A stretch of DNA of 44,769 nucleotides, taken from the IMG/VR virus record IMGVR_UViG_2909298281_000003, one strand, 5' to 3'. The notes under the pieces were generated by a model. It searched no databases and was not told the origin of the DNA. It saw nothing but the letters and a program-made list of their open reading frames with translations. A program made the position numbers and the translations under genes. Positions 1 to 11,943 of this stretch are shown in pieces (position 1 is the stretch's first letter; every line of letters begins with the position of its first letter). The stretch is from a virus (Duplodnaviria; Heunggongvirae; Uroviricota; Caudoviricetes).

Positions 1-3349
<3,349 letters not shown>

Positions 3350-3350
<1 letters not shown>

Positions 3351-3655
3351 TATTTCACCTCTTGCTGTGTCATTGTTGAAAAATGGATACCAGCTCGTTG
3401 CTGCCAGACGATCCAACCGAGAGTCATATCCCATGCCATGTATTCGTTATCGCCGTTTTTTACTCTCCGACGATCTACTAAGTCACCGAAACGCTTTTCC
3501 ATGAATAATTCATAGGCTTCGCGTTCATCTGGCTCTACTTCCAGAGATACGAGTGCGATTTCATAAGCACGGCGCTCAATATCGTCTCGAACCTCTAGGC
3601 TGCTGATTCGTTCTTTGATTTCTTTAATCAGTTCTTTATTGGTAAATGTGGTCAT
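3350..3655 (-). CDS. yfdT: Early-left operon protein, YfdT-like (101 aa)
   Basis: ORF length and position match the CPS-53 yfdPQRST block; acidic small protein. Confidence 0.55.
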
Positions 3656-4017
3656 TATGCTCCAGCCTCCGGTGCTTTTGGCATTACTGCCCAGTGAGTG
3701 ATATTGACGTTTTCAAGGTCCCCGACCTGAAATGTCCACTGCCATTCTCCGGTTTCTTTTTGTCCCCAGGTGTACCAGAGAGAACGCCAGCCAATCAGCC
3801 AGCCTTCTCCATTAGCATCAAATAACAGAACACTTTCATTTGCTGGTGGCAGTTCAGCTGACACTGGTATTATTTTGTTTTCCAGTGCCGCACATTTAGC
3901 TTCAAGCGCGTCGAATTTACGTAACAGGTACTCAGCATTTGTTTCATTCACTTTCAGATCTCGCGGTACACATTTCCCGCGAAGAAACCCTTCCATTTCG
4001 AAAACATTCATGCGCAT
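3655..4017 (-). CDS. yfdS: Early-left operon protein, YfdS-like (120 aa)
   Basis: 120-aa ORF, start overlaps upstream gene stop (translational coupling). Confidence 0.55.
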   Translation of the reverse strand: MRMNVFEMEGFLRGKCVPRDLKVNETNAEYLLRKFDALEAKCAALENKIIPVSAELPPANESVLLFDANGEGWLIGWRSLWYTWGQKETGEWQWTFQVGDLENVNITHWAVMPKAPEAGA

Positions 4018-4544
4018 TTGCGTAACTCCGATAAATCGTTAAAACGTTCCATAAACATCCCGTAGGCATGACCCGGTGCCAGTGGAATCACGTTGAACAT
4101 CTCTGTTGCCGGGATGCCTTCCAGTACAGGCCAGAAAGAGCCATCATCAAGCCCGAGAGCGCGGCGTTCGGTTGCCAGCATGATGAGATCGGCATATTTC
4201 ACGGGTGTACTCATAACTGGGGGTAACCCGTATTTCTCACGGATTACGGCGTCTATTTTTTCTTCCATCCGTTTATAGTCAGGAAGAAGGCGTTTCAGTG
4301 GTGCGGGAATGTCCTGGCAATACGCTTCTGTTGCATCATGCATTAACGCTTCAAAAGCAAATTCCTGCGGCACCAGCTGGCTGCAAAGAACCGCATGTTG
4401 GGCGACGCTGTAGAAGTGCGAAAGATGACCGGCAAAGCGACAGATATTTGAAAGGGAAACCGCGATATCGTTAATATCGATGTCGTCTTTATTTATCCTG
4501 TCATAATAAAAATGCTTCCCGGAAAAAGTTTTAATAAATGACAT
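4008..4544 (-). CDS. yfdR: HD-domain phosphohydrolase, YfdR-like (178 aa from the internal ATG)
   Basis: Conserved H..HD motif (ALMHDATEAY); GGAGAA ribosome-binding site before ATG at 4544. Confidence 0.65.
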   Translation of the reverse strand: MSFIKTFSGKHFYYDRINKDDIDINDIAVSLSNICRFAGHLSHFYSVAQHAVLCSQLVPQEFAFEALMHDATEAYCQDIPAPLKRLLPDYKRMEEKIDAVIREKYGLPPVMSTPVKYADLIMLATERRALGLDDGSFWPVLEGIPATEMFNVIPLAPGHAYGMFMERFNDLSELRKCA

Positions 4545-4671
4545 TTTGTTCTCCACGTATATGCACTGCACCGCGCTGAATTCTGGTAAAAGGAAGCCCT
4601 CACCATCCGGTGATTATTGAGTTAATTACGTTTCCATAAATGCCCCCGCAGGGGCATTTGCAGTAATGAAA

Positions 4672-5496
4672 TCAGGCGGTGAAAGTACCAATAAAGGTTT
4701 CTACTTTGCTGTCCTTGAATTTCTCAACAAGCAGATCACGAAATTCGTTAGCCATTTCTTCCTGCACCGCTTCCAGCTGAATAATGCGCAGAACCAGTAC
4801 AGGACGATCGCCAGTGATAATGCTGAGGCGTAATTTAAACGGACGTTCTTTCAGACCTTCAAACGGAACGCATTTAAATTCAAATGCCACTGGCATAATG
4901 TCTTTGGTCTTCGCTTCGACAGACTCCATCAGGGAGCGTTTGCCGCTGAAGTCATTATCTTCAAAATCAGCGGTCTGGTTTGCTTCAATCGTGATTTTAC
5001 GGACTGCCGCAGCCGCTTTTGTTGCCTGAATGGTGTCACCATTAGCATCAAAGCCCACAAGGTAGTCGGCCCAGTCTTCGATCCATTCTGCCAGTGACTT
5101 CTGGGAGTTACGCTCGCCGTTAACAGACAACAGAGCAGAGAACGGTGCTGTCTTTTTCAGTTTGAGAGTGGCAGTGTTATCTGCGTGACCTGGCTCATCA
5201 ATAGTACCCAGGTTAAGCACACTGATGGCACGCATATTATCGGCATCGATAAAGCAGCGGGTGCCTTCATCTGCAAGATCTTTAGAATAACGGGTAAAAT
5301 CATCGATGCTGGCAGTGGAAAGTGCACCACGGAAACGGAAGCGATTTAAATTAAATTTTTCCAGATCATGAATGCGGAAATTCTCAGGCAATGCCACAGC
5401 ATCGGCACCAATCTTACTGATAATTTCATTAACACCCTGAGCAGAAATAAGGGCATGGATTTGATTAATTGCGGTTGCGTCTAAGTTCTGAGACAT
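4672..5496 (-). CDS. yfdQ: DUF2303-family protein, YfdQ-like (274 aa)
   Basis: 274-aa ORF in a codon-consistent frame; length matches YfdQ. Confidence 0.6.
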   Translation of the reverse strand: MSQNLDATAINQIHALISAQGVNEIISKIGADAVALPENFRIHDLEKFNLNRFRFRGALSTASIDDFTRYSKDLADEGTRCFIDADNMRAISVLNLGTIDEPGHADNTATLKLKKTAPFSALLSVNGERNSQKSLAEWIEDWADYLVGFDANGDTIQATKAAAAVRKITIEANQTADFEDNDFSGKRSLMESVEAKTKDIMPVAFEFKCVPFEGLKERPFKLRLSIITGDRPVLVLRIIQLEAVQEEMANEFRDLLVEKFKDSKVETFIGTFTA

Positions 5497-5561
5497 AATA
5501 AGTCCTCACTATATAAAGATATTCAGTGATGAGATAAATAATCAGTTTATTACGAACGATA

Positions 5562-5924
5562 TTAACGACCTGCTGCGCGGAGTTTTCCGTCAGGTTCACC
5601 GGCAAGAGTCAGTAATTGTCCCTGGTCTTCCTGCAGAATAGTCAGGCGACCACCGCGATTGACATACATCGGCGTTTCGGTGGTGTCTTCTTCGGAAATT
5701 TTCCCGCGGTTAGTCGGGCGAACATATGAGAGTTTGTGTTTGATTTTCACACGGTTCTCATCAAACGGTTCGATTTCCAGATTGAGTGAGACCTTCCCTT
5801 TGGTTTTCGTGTTCATCACACCGGAAGCGACTTCACTGAGAACTGCGCCGATTTTGGTTTCAAATACGCCGCCGTCCAGCTCCCCGATAAATGCCTGCAC
5901 ATCAGTACTGCGTTCGCTAGCCAT
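5562..5924 (-). CDS. yfdP: Early-left operon protein, YfdP-like (120 aa from internal ATG MASERS...)
   Basis: GAGGAG ribosome-binding site 7 nt upstream of ATG at 5924-5922; the upstream 55 codons of the track ORF look non-coding. Confidence 0.55.
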   Translation of the reverse strand: MASERSTDVQAFIGELDGGVFETKIGAVLSEVASGVMNTKTKGKVSLNLEIEPFDENRVKIKHKLSYVRPTNRGKISEEDTTETPMYVNRGGRLTILQEDQGQLLTLAGEPDGKLRAAGR

Positions 5925-6394
5925 TTTGCTGCTCCTCATCATATCGACCCTGCAAGGTCGGTTGGTTTCTCCACAAAACAGAGAAGAACACCTGCGGTGG
6001 CAGCCGCCCGGATGGATTGGGTTATGAGCCCGTCGTCCGGTGATGCTCTTCTCTGTTTTGCAAAAAAGGACGGTACCAGCCGGAAGCAAGGGTACAAACT
6101 GGTACCGCCAGGACTACACACAGCATAAAGTTGTGGTGCCGGGTGCCTCCCGGTGCCTGGCGAAGGTTGCACACTAGGCGGGTGGGTATCCACAGAAGGT
6201 CGACTGTCAGCCTCAACCTTAACCCGCGTGCGCTGAGCCGCATTCACCACAACGCTAAGGATTCTCTCTGGTTGAAAATACTTAGCTGTTATGTGCCTGC
6301 TTTTAGCCACATCAGGCGAGGTGGACCTGGTTATTCCCCAACAACAAGGATTCGGTTAATCTGGATATCCCCAACAACAATAAGAGTATTCAAT

Positions 6395-6910
6395 GTGATC
6401 GCTGAATTAACGGCAGCAATGACGGCTATTCGTGAAACAGCCCAGATTGCAAAACTAATGAACGAGGCAAAAACTCAAGCTGAAGTAAATGCGGCTATTG
6501 GTGAGCTGAACTCAAAGCTTGCGTCTATTCAGCGCGAATGCGTGTCTCTCGTTGAACTGGTGGGCTCTTATCAAGAAATAAATGCTTCTCTCAAAGCTAA
6601 AATTGCAGAATTCGAAAACTTTGAGGCTCAGACGGAAGGCTATATCCTTAACCAACTTGAGTCGGGTACTTTTGTATACTCGAAGGAGGTAATCGTGAAC
6701 GGTGGCAGCATAACCATGCATCTTTGCCCAAAATGTTTTGGACAAAAGATAGTATCGATACTTCAACCATTCCCAGTTAGCGAAGATGAGCTTTTTCATA
6801 AAAGCAGATGCCTCCACTGTGAAAATAAGTTTCTGATGAATAAAAATCCGGATTACGTATCGCCTCCATCCATTGAGGAGTTGTCCAGAAAACTTAACGG
6901 CAATCTGTAG
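6395..6910 (+). CDS. Hypothetical coiled-coil protein with a C-terminal CxxC...CxxC zinc ribbon; candidate immunity-region accessory (moron) gene
   Basis: Coding-like sequence starts near GTG 6395 or ATG 6419; motifs CPKCFGQK and CLHCENK; followed by an intrinsic terminator; opposite strand to the early-left operon. Confidence 0.5.
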   Translation: MIAELTAAMTAIRETAQIAKLMNEAKTQAEVNAAIGELNSKLASIQRECVSLVELVGSYQEINASLKAKIAEFENFEAQTEGYILNQLESGTFVYSKEVIVNGGSITMHLCPKCFGQKIVSILQPFPVSEDELFHKSRCLHCENKFLMNKNPDYVSPPSIEELSRKLNGNL

Positions 6911-6950
6911 ATTACTACTGTTGTGGATATCCAGATTGTTAAAGAGCTAA

Positions 6951-6972
6951 GCGTCCTGTAGGGCGCTTTTTT
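6951..6972 (+). terminator. Rho-independent terminator after the coiled-coil gene
   Basis: Stem gcgtcc/gggcgc with tgta loop, followed by TTTTTT. Confidence 0.55.
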
Positions 6973-7058
6973 GTTGCTAACGAATCATCCTGGACTTCAT
7001 ATGCCCCAGGCGGCTACTTCGTGGGCGTCCTGCCTGTTCGTTATCTTTGATATAAAAT

Positions 7059-7121
7059 CTAACTTAACTTAGTTATCATGGCAAGAGAAAACACCAAACT
7101 TTTCTTAGTTCGGTGCCTTAG
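7059..7121. promoter_or_regulatory. OL-like operator cluster, with presumed leftward promoter
   Basis: Repeated half-site palindromes CTAAC-N4-CTTAG (7059-7072), CAAAC-N4-CTTAG (7095-7108) and a further CTTAG at 7117-7121, just 3' of cI. Confidence 0.45.
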
Positions 7122-7137
7122 TTAGAGAAGAGAGGTC

Positions 7138-7764
7138 TTAGAGTTCGTATTGAACTCCTTTGACTACACCAATGATAAGGCAATTACCATTGATAGGGAT
7201 GTTGGGATACCGAGGATTTAATGGCACTAAAAACTTTTGAGGGCCATCGATGACTAATTTTTTTACTGTAGCTTCGTTTGTTCCATCAAGTCGAGCGATG
7301 ACTATTTTTCCATGACGAGGTTCTGCATCTGGATCTACAATCACTGTTGCGCCTTCTGGTATTGTTGGGAGGCCATTAGGGTTAGTCATGGAGTCACCTT
7401 TAACCTCTAATGCAAATGAGTTATCACCAACCTTTAATGATGTATCTACCCACTTGTCCACTTCACTAAACACTTCTGCTGCCCTGCACTCAGTAAACTG
7501 CCCAGCCTGAACCCACGATATTACAGGAACTCTGCGCATGTTTGTGACGAGTTTGCCTTCAAACTCAGCACCATAAAGAATGTAATCTATTGACGTATTG
7601 AAGAACTTCGCTAATTTCGAAAGTGCCTCCCCGCCAGGGGTATTGATGTCTTTCTCCCAGTACCCCACAGCAACGTCGCTTACTCCACAAAATTTACCCA
7701 ATTCTTTCTGGGACGTTCTGGTAACTCTTCTCAGAGCTTTTATACGCTGACCAACCGTTTCCAT
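7138..7764 (-). CDS. cI: CI-type prophage repressor (HTH_XRE N-domain plus S24 LexA-like peptidase C-domain)
   Basis: 208-aa ORF; Ser/Lys dyad context (GDSM ... VKKL); divergent from cro. Confidence 0.85.
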   Translation of the reverse strand: METVGQRIKALRRVTRTSQKELGKFCGVSDVAVGYWEKDINTPGGEALSKLAKFFNTSIDYILYGAEFEGKLVTNMRRVPVISWVQAGQFTECRAAEVFSEVDKWVDTSLKVGDNSFALEVKGDSMTNPNGLPTIPEGATVIVDPDAEPRHGKIVIARLDGTNEATVKKLVIDGPQKFLVPLNPRYPNIPINGNCLIIGVVKGVQYEL

Positions 7765-7786
7765 AGGAGCACCATTTCTTTAATTG

Positions 7787-7849
7787 CTAAGTAATCTTAG
7801 TTTTTATTGACCAAAGATAGATTTGTAATTAGCATCTAACAAAACTTAG
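7787..7849. promoter_or_regulatory. OR-like operator/promoter region (PRM/PR) between cI and cro
   Basis: Perfect palindrome CTAAGtaatCTTAG at 7787-7800 and CTAACaaaaCTTAG at 7836-7849; TTGACC -35-like at 7807-7812; GGAGGG ribosome-binding site before cro. Confidence 0.5.
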
Positions 7850-7861
7850 TTTGGAGGGCGT

Positions 7862-8062
7862 ATGACAACTGACGATATCGAAAGCTACTTCGGCAGTATT
7901 GAGAAAGTTGCTGCTTTTTTCGGCATAACAACTGAAGCCGTTTATCAGTGGCGAAACCGTCCGGGCCAGTTAATTCCAAAAGGACGTGCAGCAGAAGCTG
8001 CATATAGAACTTGCGGACGGTTGCCATTTAAACCTGAGCTTTATGAAAAATCTAATGGATAA
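7862..8062 (+). CDS. cro: Cro-like HTH regulator (66 aa)
   Basis: Small HTH ORF divergent from the repressor, ribosome-binding site GGAGGG. Confidence 0.75.
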   Translation: MTTDDIESYFGSIEKVAAFFGITTEAVYQWRNRPGQLIPKGRAAEAAYRTCGRLPFKPELYEKSNG

Positions 8063-8651
8063 ATCGATTAACAGAAACCACAGAACGATGAGGCTAACCG
8101 TGGGTAAGCATCACTGGAAAGTAGAAAAACAGCCTGAGTGGTACGTGAAAGCTGTCAGAAAAACTATCGCAAAGTTGCCGGGTGGTTACGCTGAAGCAGC
8201 TGACTGGCTGGATGTAACAGAGAACGCATTATTTAACCGCCTTCGTGCCGATGGCGATCAGATTTTCCCGCTGGGATGGGCAATGATTTTGCAACGTGCT
8301 GGTGGAACTCACTTCATTGCTGACGCAGTGGCGCAGTCTGCAAATGGCGTCTTTGTGTCTCTTCCTGACGTCGAGGATGTGGACAACGCCGATATTAACC
8401 AGCGCCTGCTGGAAGTCATTGAACAGATCGGCAGTTATTCAAAACAGATTCGTTCAGCAATTGAAGACGGTGTAGTGGAACCGCATGAGAAGACAGCAAT
8501 TAACGACGAGCTGTACCTCTCAATTTCGAAGCTGCAGGAGCATGCAGCACTGGTCTATAAAATTTTTTGCATTTCAGAAAGTAATGACGCCCGCGAGTGT
8601 GCAGCTCCGGGCGCCGTGGCGTGTCGTGACTGTGGAGAAACTAACGCATGA
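8043..8651 (+). CDS. CII-like regulatory protein (CP76-type, about 202 aa)
   Basis: Start ATG 8043 overlaps the cro stop; position downstream of cro; family assignment from memory. Confidence 0.45.
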   Translation: MKNLMDKSINRNHRTMRLTVGKHHWKVEKQPEWYVKAVRKTIAKLPGGYAEAADWLDVTENALFNRLRADGDQIFPLGWAMILQRAGGTHFIADAVAQSANGVFVSLPDVEDVDNADINQRLLEVIEQIGSYSKQIRSAIEDGVVEPHEKTAINDELYLSISKLQEHAALVYKIFCISESNDARECAAPGAVACRDCGETNA

Positions 8652-8986
8652 ACAGTTTAACAACACACTACCGTCGCTCGCAACTGATTGCGCTTCCTGT
8701 ACCGGGTGGAAAAGCGAAGGTGGAGTATTGCTATGCAGTAAATGTACCAGGTGACAGGGAAATTGTAACCCACAGCTTTGCAGAGTGGGCTGTGGGTGAT
8801 TTCAACCGGCAGAAGGAGACAGTCCTTTGCGACAAGTTAACCGCTGGTTCAAAGATCACTACGGAGTGCCCGTCAGAGTCATTCGTTGGGAGCCGGAAAC
8901 ACAACGTGTTATCTACCTCCGCGAAGGCTATGAGCATGAGTGCTTCAGCCCGCTCGAACAGTTTCGTCGTAAATTCAGGGAAATAG
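8648..8986 (+). CDS. Hypothetical protein; probable frameshift, with the C-terminal half continuing in another frame to 9006
   Basis: N-terminal 57 aa look protein-like, then the frame becomes Ser-rich junk while the adjacent frame 8800-9006 reads [44 protein letters not shown]. Confidence 0.4.
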   Translation: MNSLTTHYRRSQLIALPVPGGKAKVEYCYAVNVPGDREIVTHSFAEWAVGDFNRQKETVLCDKLTAGSKITTECPSESFVGSRKHNVLSTSAKAMSMSASARSNSFVVNSGK

Positions 8987-8995
8987 AGGTCGGTC

Positions 8996-9922
8996 ATGAG
9001 CACTAAATTAACCGGCTATGTATGGGATGGTTGCGCTGCATCAGGCATGAAATTATCCAGCGTGGCAATTATGGCCCGCCTGGCTGATTTCAGTAATGAC
9101 GAAGGTGTGTGCTGGCCATCAATTGAAACCATTGCCCGCCAGATTGGCGCGGGGATGAGTACCGTCAGAACGGCTATCGCACGGCTGGAAGCAGAAGGCT
9201 GGTTAACGCGTAGGGCGCGTCGCCAGGGTAACCGCAATGCGTCGAATGTTTATCAGCTTAACGTTGCGAAGCTTCAGGCAGCGGCATTTTCTCAACTGTC
9301 AGATTCTGACCCGTCAAAATCTGACCCGTCAAAATTTGATGCGTCGAAATCTGGCAAAAAAGCGGGTTTTCACCCGTCAGAATCTGGTGGGGATCCGTCA
9401 GTAAAATCAAAACATGATCCGTCAGATAAAAAAACTTCTCGTCCGGACGCTTCGCAACCGGACACGCAGACGGCTGAACAGGATTTTTTAACTCGCCATC
9501 CTGATGCGGTTGTATTCAGCCCTAAAAAGCGCCAGTGGGGGACGCAGGATGATTTGACCTGCGCACAGTGGCTCTGGAAAAAAATCATCGCCCTGTACGA
9601 GCATGCCGCCGAATGTGACGGCGAGGTGGTTCGTCCCAAAGAACCGAACTGGACAGCCTGGGCAAACGAAATTCGCCTGATGTGTGTGCAGGATGGTCGT
9701 ACTCATAAACAAATCTGCGAGATGTACAGCCGCGTCAGTCGCGATCCGTTCTGGTGCCGTAACGTGCTCAGCCCGTCGAAGCTGCGGGAAAAATGGGATG
9801 AGCTTTCCCTGCGCTTATCGCCGTCCGTCAGCACGTACACCGAAAAACGCGAAGACCCGTACTTCAAAGCCAGTTACGACAACGTGGACTACAGCCAGAT
9901 CCCGGCAGGATTCAGGGGGTGA
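8996..9922 (+). CDS. Replication initiator, O-like (HTH N-domain, iteron-containing linker)
   Basis: 308-aa ORF; N-terminal winged-helix region; internal iteron array encoding the DPSKSDPSKFDASKS repeats. Confidence 0.75.
   Translation: MSTKLTGYVWDGCAASGMKLSSVAIMARLADFSNDEGVCWPSIETIARQIGAGMSTVRTAIARLEAEGWLTRRARRQGNRNASNVYQLNVAKLQAAAFSQLSDSDPSKSDPSKFDASKSGKKAGFHPSESGGDPSVKSKHDPSDKKTSRPDASQPDTQTAEQDFLTRHPDAVVFSPKKRQWGTQDDLTCAQWLWKKIIALYEHAAECDGEVVRPKEPNWTAWANEIRLMCVQDGRTHKQICEMYSRVSRDPFWCRNVLSPSKLREKWDELSLRLSPSVSTYTEKREDPYFKASYDNVDYSQIPAGFRG
9305..9430. repeat. Iteron array (putative replication origin) inside the O-like gene
   Basis: Six direct copies of core CCGTCA(A/G)(A/T)AAT: ctgacccgtcaaaat x2, gcgtcgaaatctg, cacccgtcagaatctg, gatccgtcagtaaaatc, gatccgtcagataaa. 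Confidence 0.65.
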
Positions 9923-9924
9923 TC

Positions 9925-10413
9925 ATGAGTCTTTTGAATGACGTTCAGAAATTCATTGAAGCCCATCCGGGGTGTACTTCCGGAGACATTGCGGATGCTT
10001 TTGCAGGTTACTCACGACAGCGCGTTCTGCAGTCAGCAAGCAAGTTACGTCAGAGTGGGCGTGTGGCTCACCGTTGTGAAGGGGATACACGCAGACATTT
10101 CCCGCGGCTGACTGAGATACCGCAGGAGCCGGAACCGCAACCAGTTCGTGAATCCAGACCTGTGCGCAATTTCTATGTCGGCACTAACGATCCCCGGGTG
10201 ATTTTGTGCCTGACCCGCCAGGCGGAAGAACTGGAGTCCAGGGGCTTATACCGTCGTGCTGCAACGGTGTGGATGGCGGCATTCCGTGAAAGCCACTCCC
10301 AGCAAGAGCGAAACAATTTTCTTGCGCGTCGTGAGCGGTGTTTACGGAAAAGCAGCAAGCGCGCTGTATCGGGTGAAGAGTGGTATCTGTCAGGGAATTA
10401 CGTGGGGGCTTAA
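9925..10413 (+). CDS. Hypothetical protein, possibly a PerC-like regulator
   Basis: 162-aa ORF, ATG at 9925 just after the O-like stop; C-terminal LYRRAATVW motif. Confidence 0.4.
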   Translation: MSLLNDVQKFIEAHPGCTSGDIADAFAGYSRQRVLQSASKLRQSGRVAHRCEGDTRRHFPRLTEIPQEPEPQPVRESRPVRNFYVGTNDPRVILCLTRQAEELESRGLYRRAATVWMAAFRESHSQQERNNFLARRERCLRKSSKRAVSGEEWYLSGNYVGA

Positions 10414-10739
10414 TGACGACGTTAACTCAATGCCAGCAGCAGGTGCTGGATATGCTGATTTCTTACCAGAAAGAACGTGGCTTCCCGCCAACCAATCAGG
10501 AGGTGGCTACCATGCTGGGATACCGTTCAGTGAATGCAGCGGTGGAGCATCTTCGCGCACTGGAGAAAAAAGGCGTCATCACGATAAAGCGTGGCGTGGC
10601 CCGGGGCATCACGCTTCATACCGCGGTGAAGGACGACGACAGCGAGGTGGCCGGGATTATCCGCGCACTGCTTGCTGGTGAGGAAAACGCCAGGCTGCGT
10701 GCAGCCCACTGGTTACATGAGAGGGGGCTGAAAGTATGA
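10413..10739 (+). CDS. LexA-N-terminal-like DNA-binding protein without peptidase domain
   Basis: Start overlaps previous stop (TAATG); winged-helix motif QEVATMLGYRSVNAAVEHLRALEKKGVI. Confidence 0.5.
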   Translation: MTTLTQCQQQVLDMLISYQKERGFPPTNQEVATMLGYRSVNAAVEHLRALEKKGVITIKRGVARGITLHTAVKDDDSEVAGIIRALLAGEENARLRAAHWLHERGLKV

Positions 10740-11125
10740 AGCTGATTCTGCCTTTTCCACCCAGCGTGAACACCTACTGGCGACACCCCAACAAAGGGGC
10801 ATTTGCTGGTAAGAGCCTGATAAGCGCGGCGGGGCGAAAATTCCAGAGTGCGGCGTGCACAGCAATAGTTGAGCAGTTACGTCGTCTGCCGAAACCAACG
10901 TCGGCACCTGCTTCAGTGGAGATCGTGTTGTTTCCTCCGGATAACCGGATCCGCGATCTGGACAACTATAACAAGGCGCTGTTTGACGCCCTGACCCACG
11001 CGGGTGTGTGGGAAGACGACAGCCAGGTGAAAAGAATGCTGGTGGAGTGGGGACCGGTTATCCCGGAAGGGAAGGTCGAGATCACTATCAGTAAGTACGA
11101 GAAAACGGCGGGTGCAGCCGCCTGA
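10736..11125 (+). CDS. rusA: Holliday-junction resolvase RusA
   Basis: YWRH ... DLDNYNKALFDALTHAGVWEDDSQV signature. Confidence 0.85.
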   Translation: MKLILPFPPSVNTYWRHPNKGAFAGKSLISAAGRKFQSAACTAIVEQLRRLPKPTSAPASVEIVLFPPDNRIRDLDNYNKALFDALTHAGVWEDDSQVKRMLVEWGPVIPEGKVEITISKYEKTAGAAA

Positions 11126-11144
11126 TCAAGAGGAGAAACGAAGT

Positions 11145-11942
11145 ATGAATAATCTGATGGTCATTGATGGTATTGAAGTTCGTCGTGATGCTTATGGGCG
11201 TTACAGCCTGAACGATCTGCACAGGGCTGCCGGTTCTCTGGATAAGCATAAGCCTGCATTCTGGCTCCGCAATGAGCAAACTGAACGTTTAATAAGCGAG
11301 TTGCAGATTTGCAACTCGGTCAATATAGAGCCAGTTAACGTTATTCGTGGCGGAAATAACCAGGGGACGTATGTCTGCAAAGAACTGGTGTATGCCTATG
11401 CAATGTGGATCAGCCCGTCATTCCATCTGAAGGTGATCCGTACTTTCGATATGGTAACCAGCGCATCGGAAAAATTATCCGGGCAGGCTGCTGACAAGAT
11501 GCAGGCTGGCGTGATTCTGCTGGACTTTATGCGCCGGGAGTTAAACCTGTCTAACTCTTCAGTGCTTGGTGCCTGTCAGAAACTCCAGGAGGCTGTTGGC
11601 TTACCGAATCTGGCACCGCGCTATGCCATTGATGCTCCTGCTGACGCGCCTGATGGCTCAAGCCGTCCCACGCTGTCACTGAGTGCACTGCTGAAGCAGT
11701 ATGGTATCCGCCTGACAGCTAATCAGGCATATCACCAGATGGTGAAGCTGGGGATCGTCGAGCAGCGCGAACGATACAGCCGTACCGCTATTAACAACAT
11801 CAAAAAATTCTGGTCGCTGACAGCGAAAGGCTGCATGTTCGGCAAGAACATCACCAGTCCCGCAAATCCGCGCGAGACGCAGCCGCATTTCTTCGAATCC
11901 CGATTCCCTGAGCTGTTAAAGCTGCTCGATACCGTTCATTGA
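11145..11942 (+). CDS. KilA-N domain protein
   Basis: ATG 11145 with AGGAGA ribosome-binding site; N-terminal KilA-N-like region. Confidence 0.6.
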   Translation: MNNLMVIDGIEVRRDAYGRYSLNDLHRAAGSLDKHKPAFWLRNEQTERLISELQICNSVNIEPVNVIRGGNNQGTYVCKELVYAYAMWISPSFHLKVIRTFDMVTSASEKLSGQAADKMQAGVILLDFMRRELNLSNSSVLGACQKLQEAVGLPNLAPRYAIDAPADAPDGSSRPTLSLSALLKQYGIRLTANQAYHQMVKLGIVEQRERYSRTAINNIKKFWSLTAKGCMFGKNITSPANPRETQPHFFESRFPELLKLLDTVH

Positions 11943-11943
11943 G

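Noticed and set aside
5939-6310. 123-aa minus-strand ORF (MAKSRHITAKYFQPERIL…) considered as an N-like antiterminator
   Set aside because: No convincing arginine-rich motif; composition is Pro/Ser-rich and consistent with non-coding GC-rich DNA.
6131-6394. N-terminal 88 codons of the 259-aa plus-strand ORF (MWCRVPPGAWRRLHTRR…)
   Set aside because: Arg/Pro/Ser-rich translation of GC-rich non-coding DNA; the coding signal begins only near 6395-6419.
7986-8042. Upstream extension of the CII-like ORF (MQQKLHIELADG…)
   Set aside because: Overlaps the end of cro in another frame; the likely start is ATG 8043.
9305-9430. Possible CRISPR-like array of short direct repeats
   Set aside because: Repeats are about 15 bp, contiguous and inside a coding sequence, with no cas genes; they are replication iterons.
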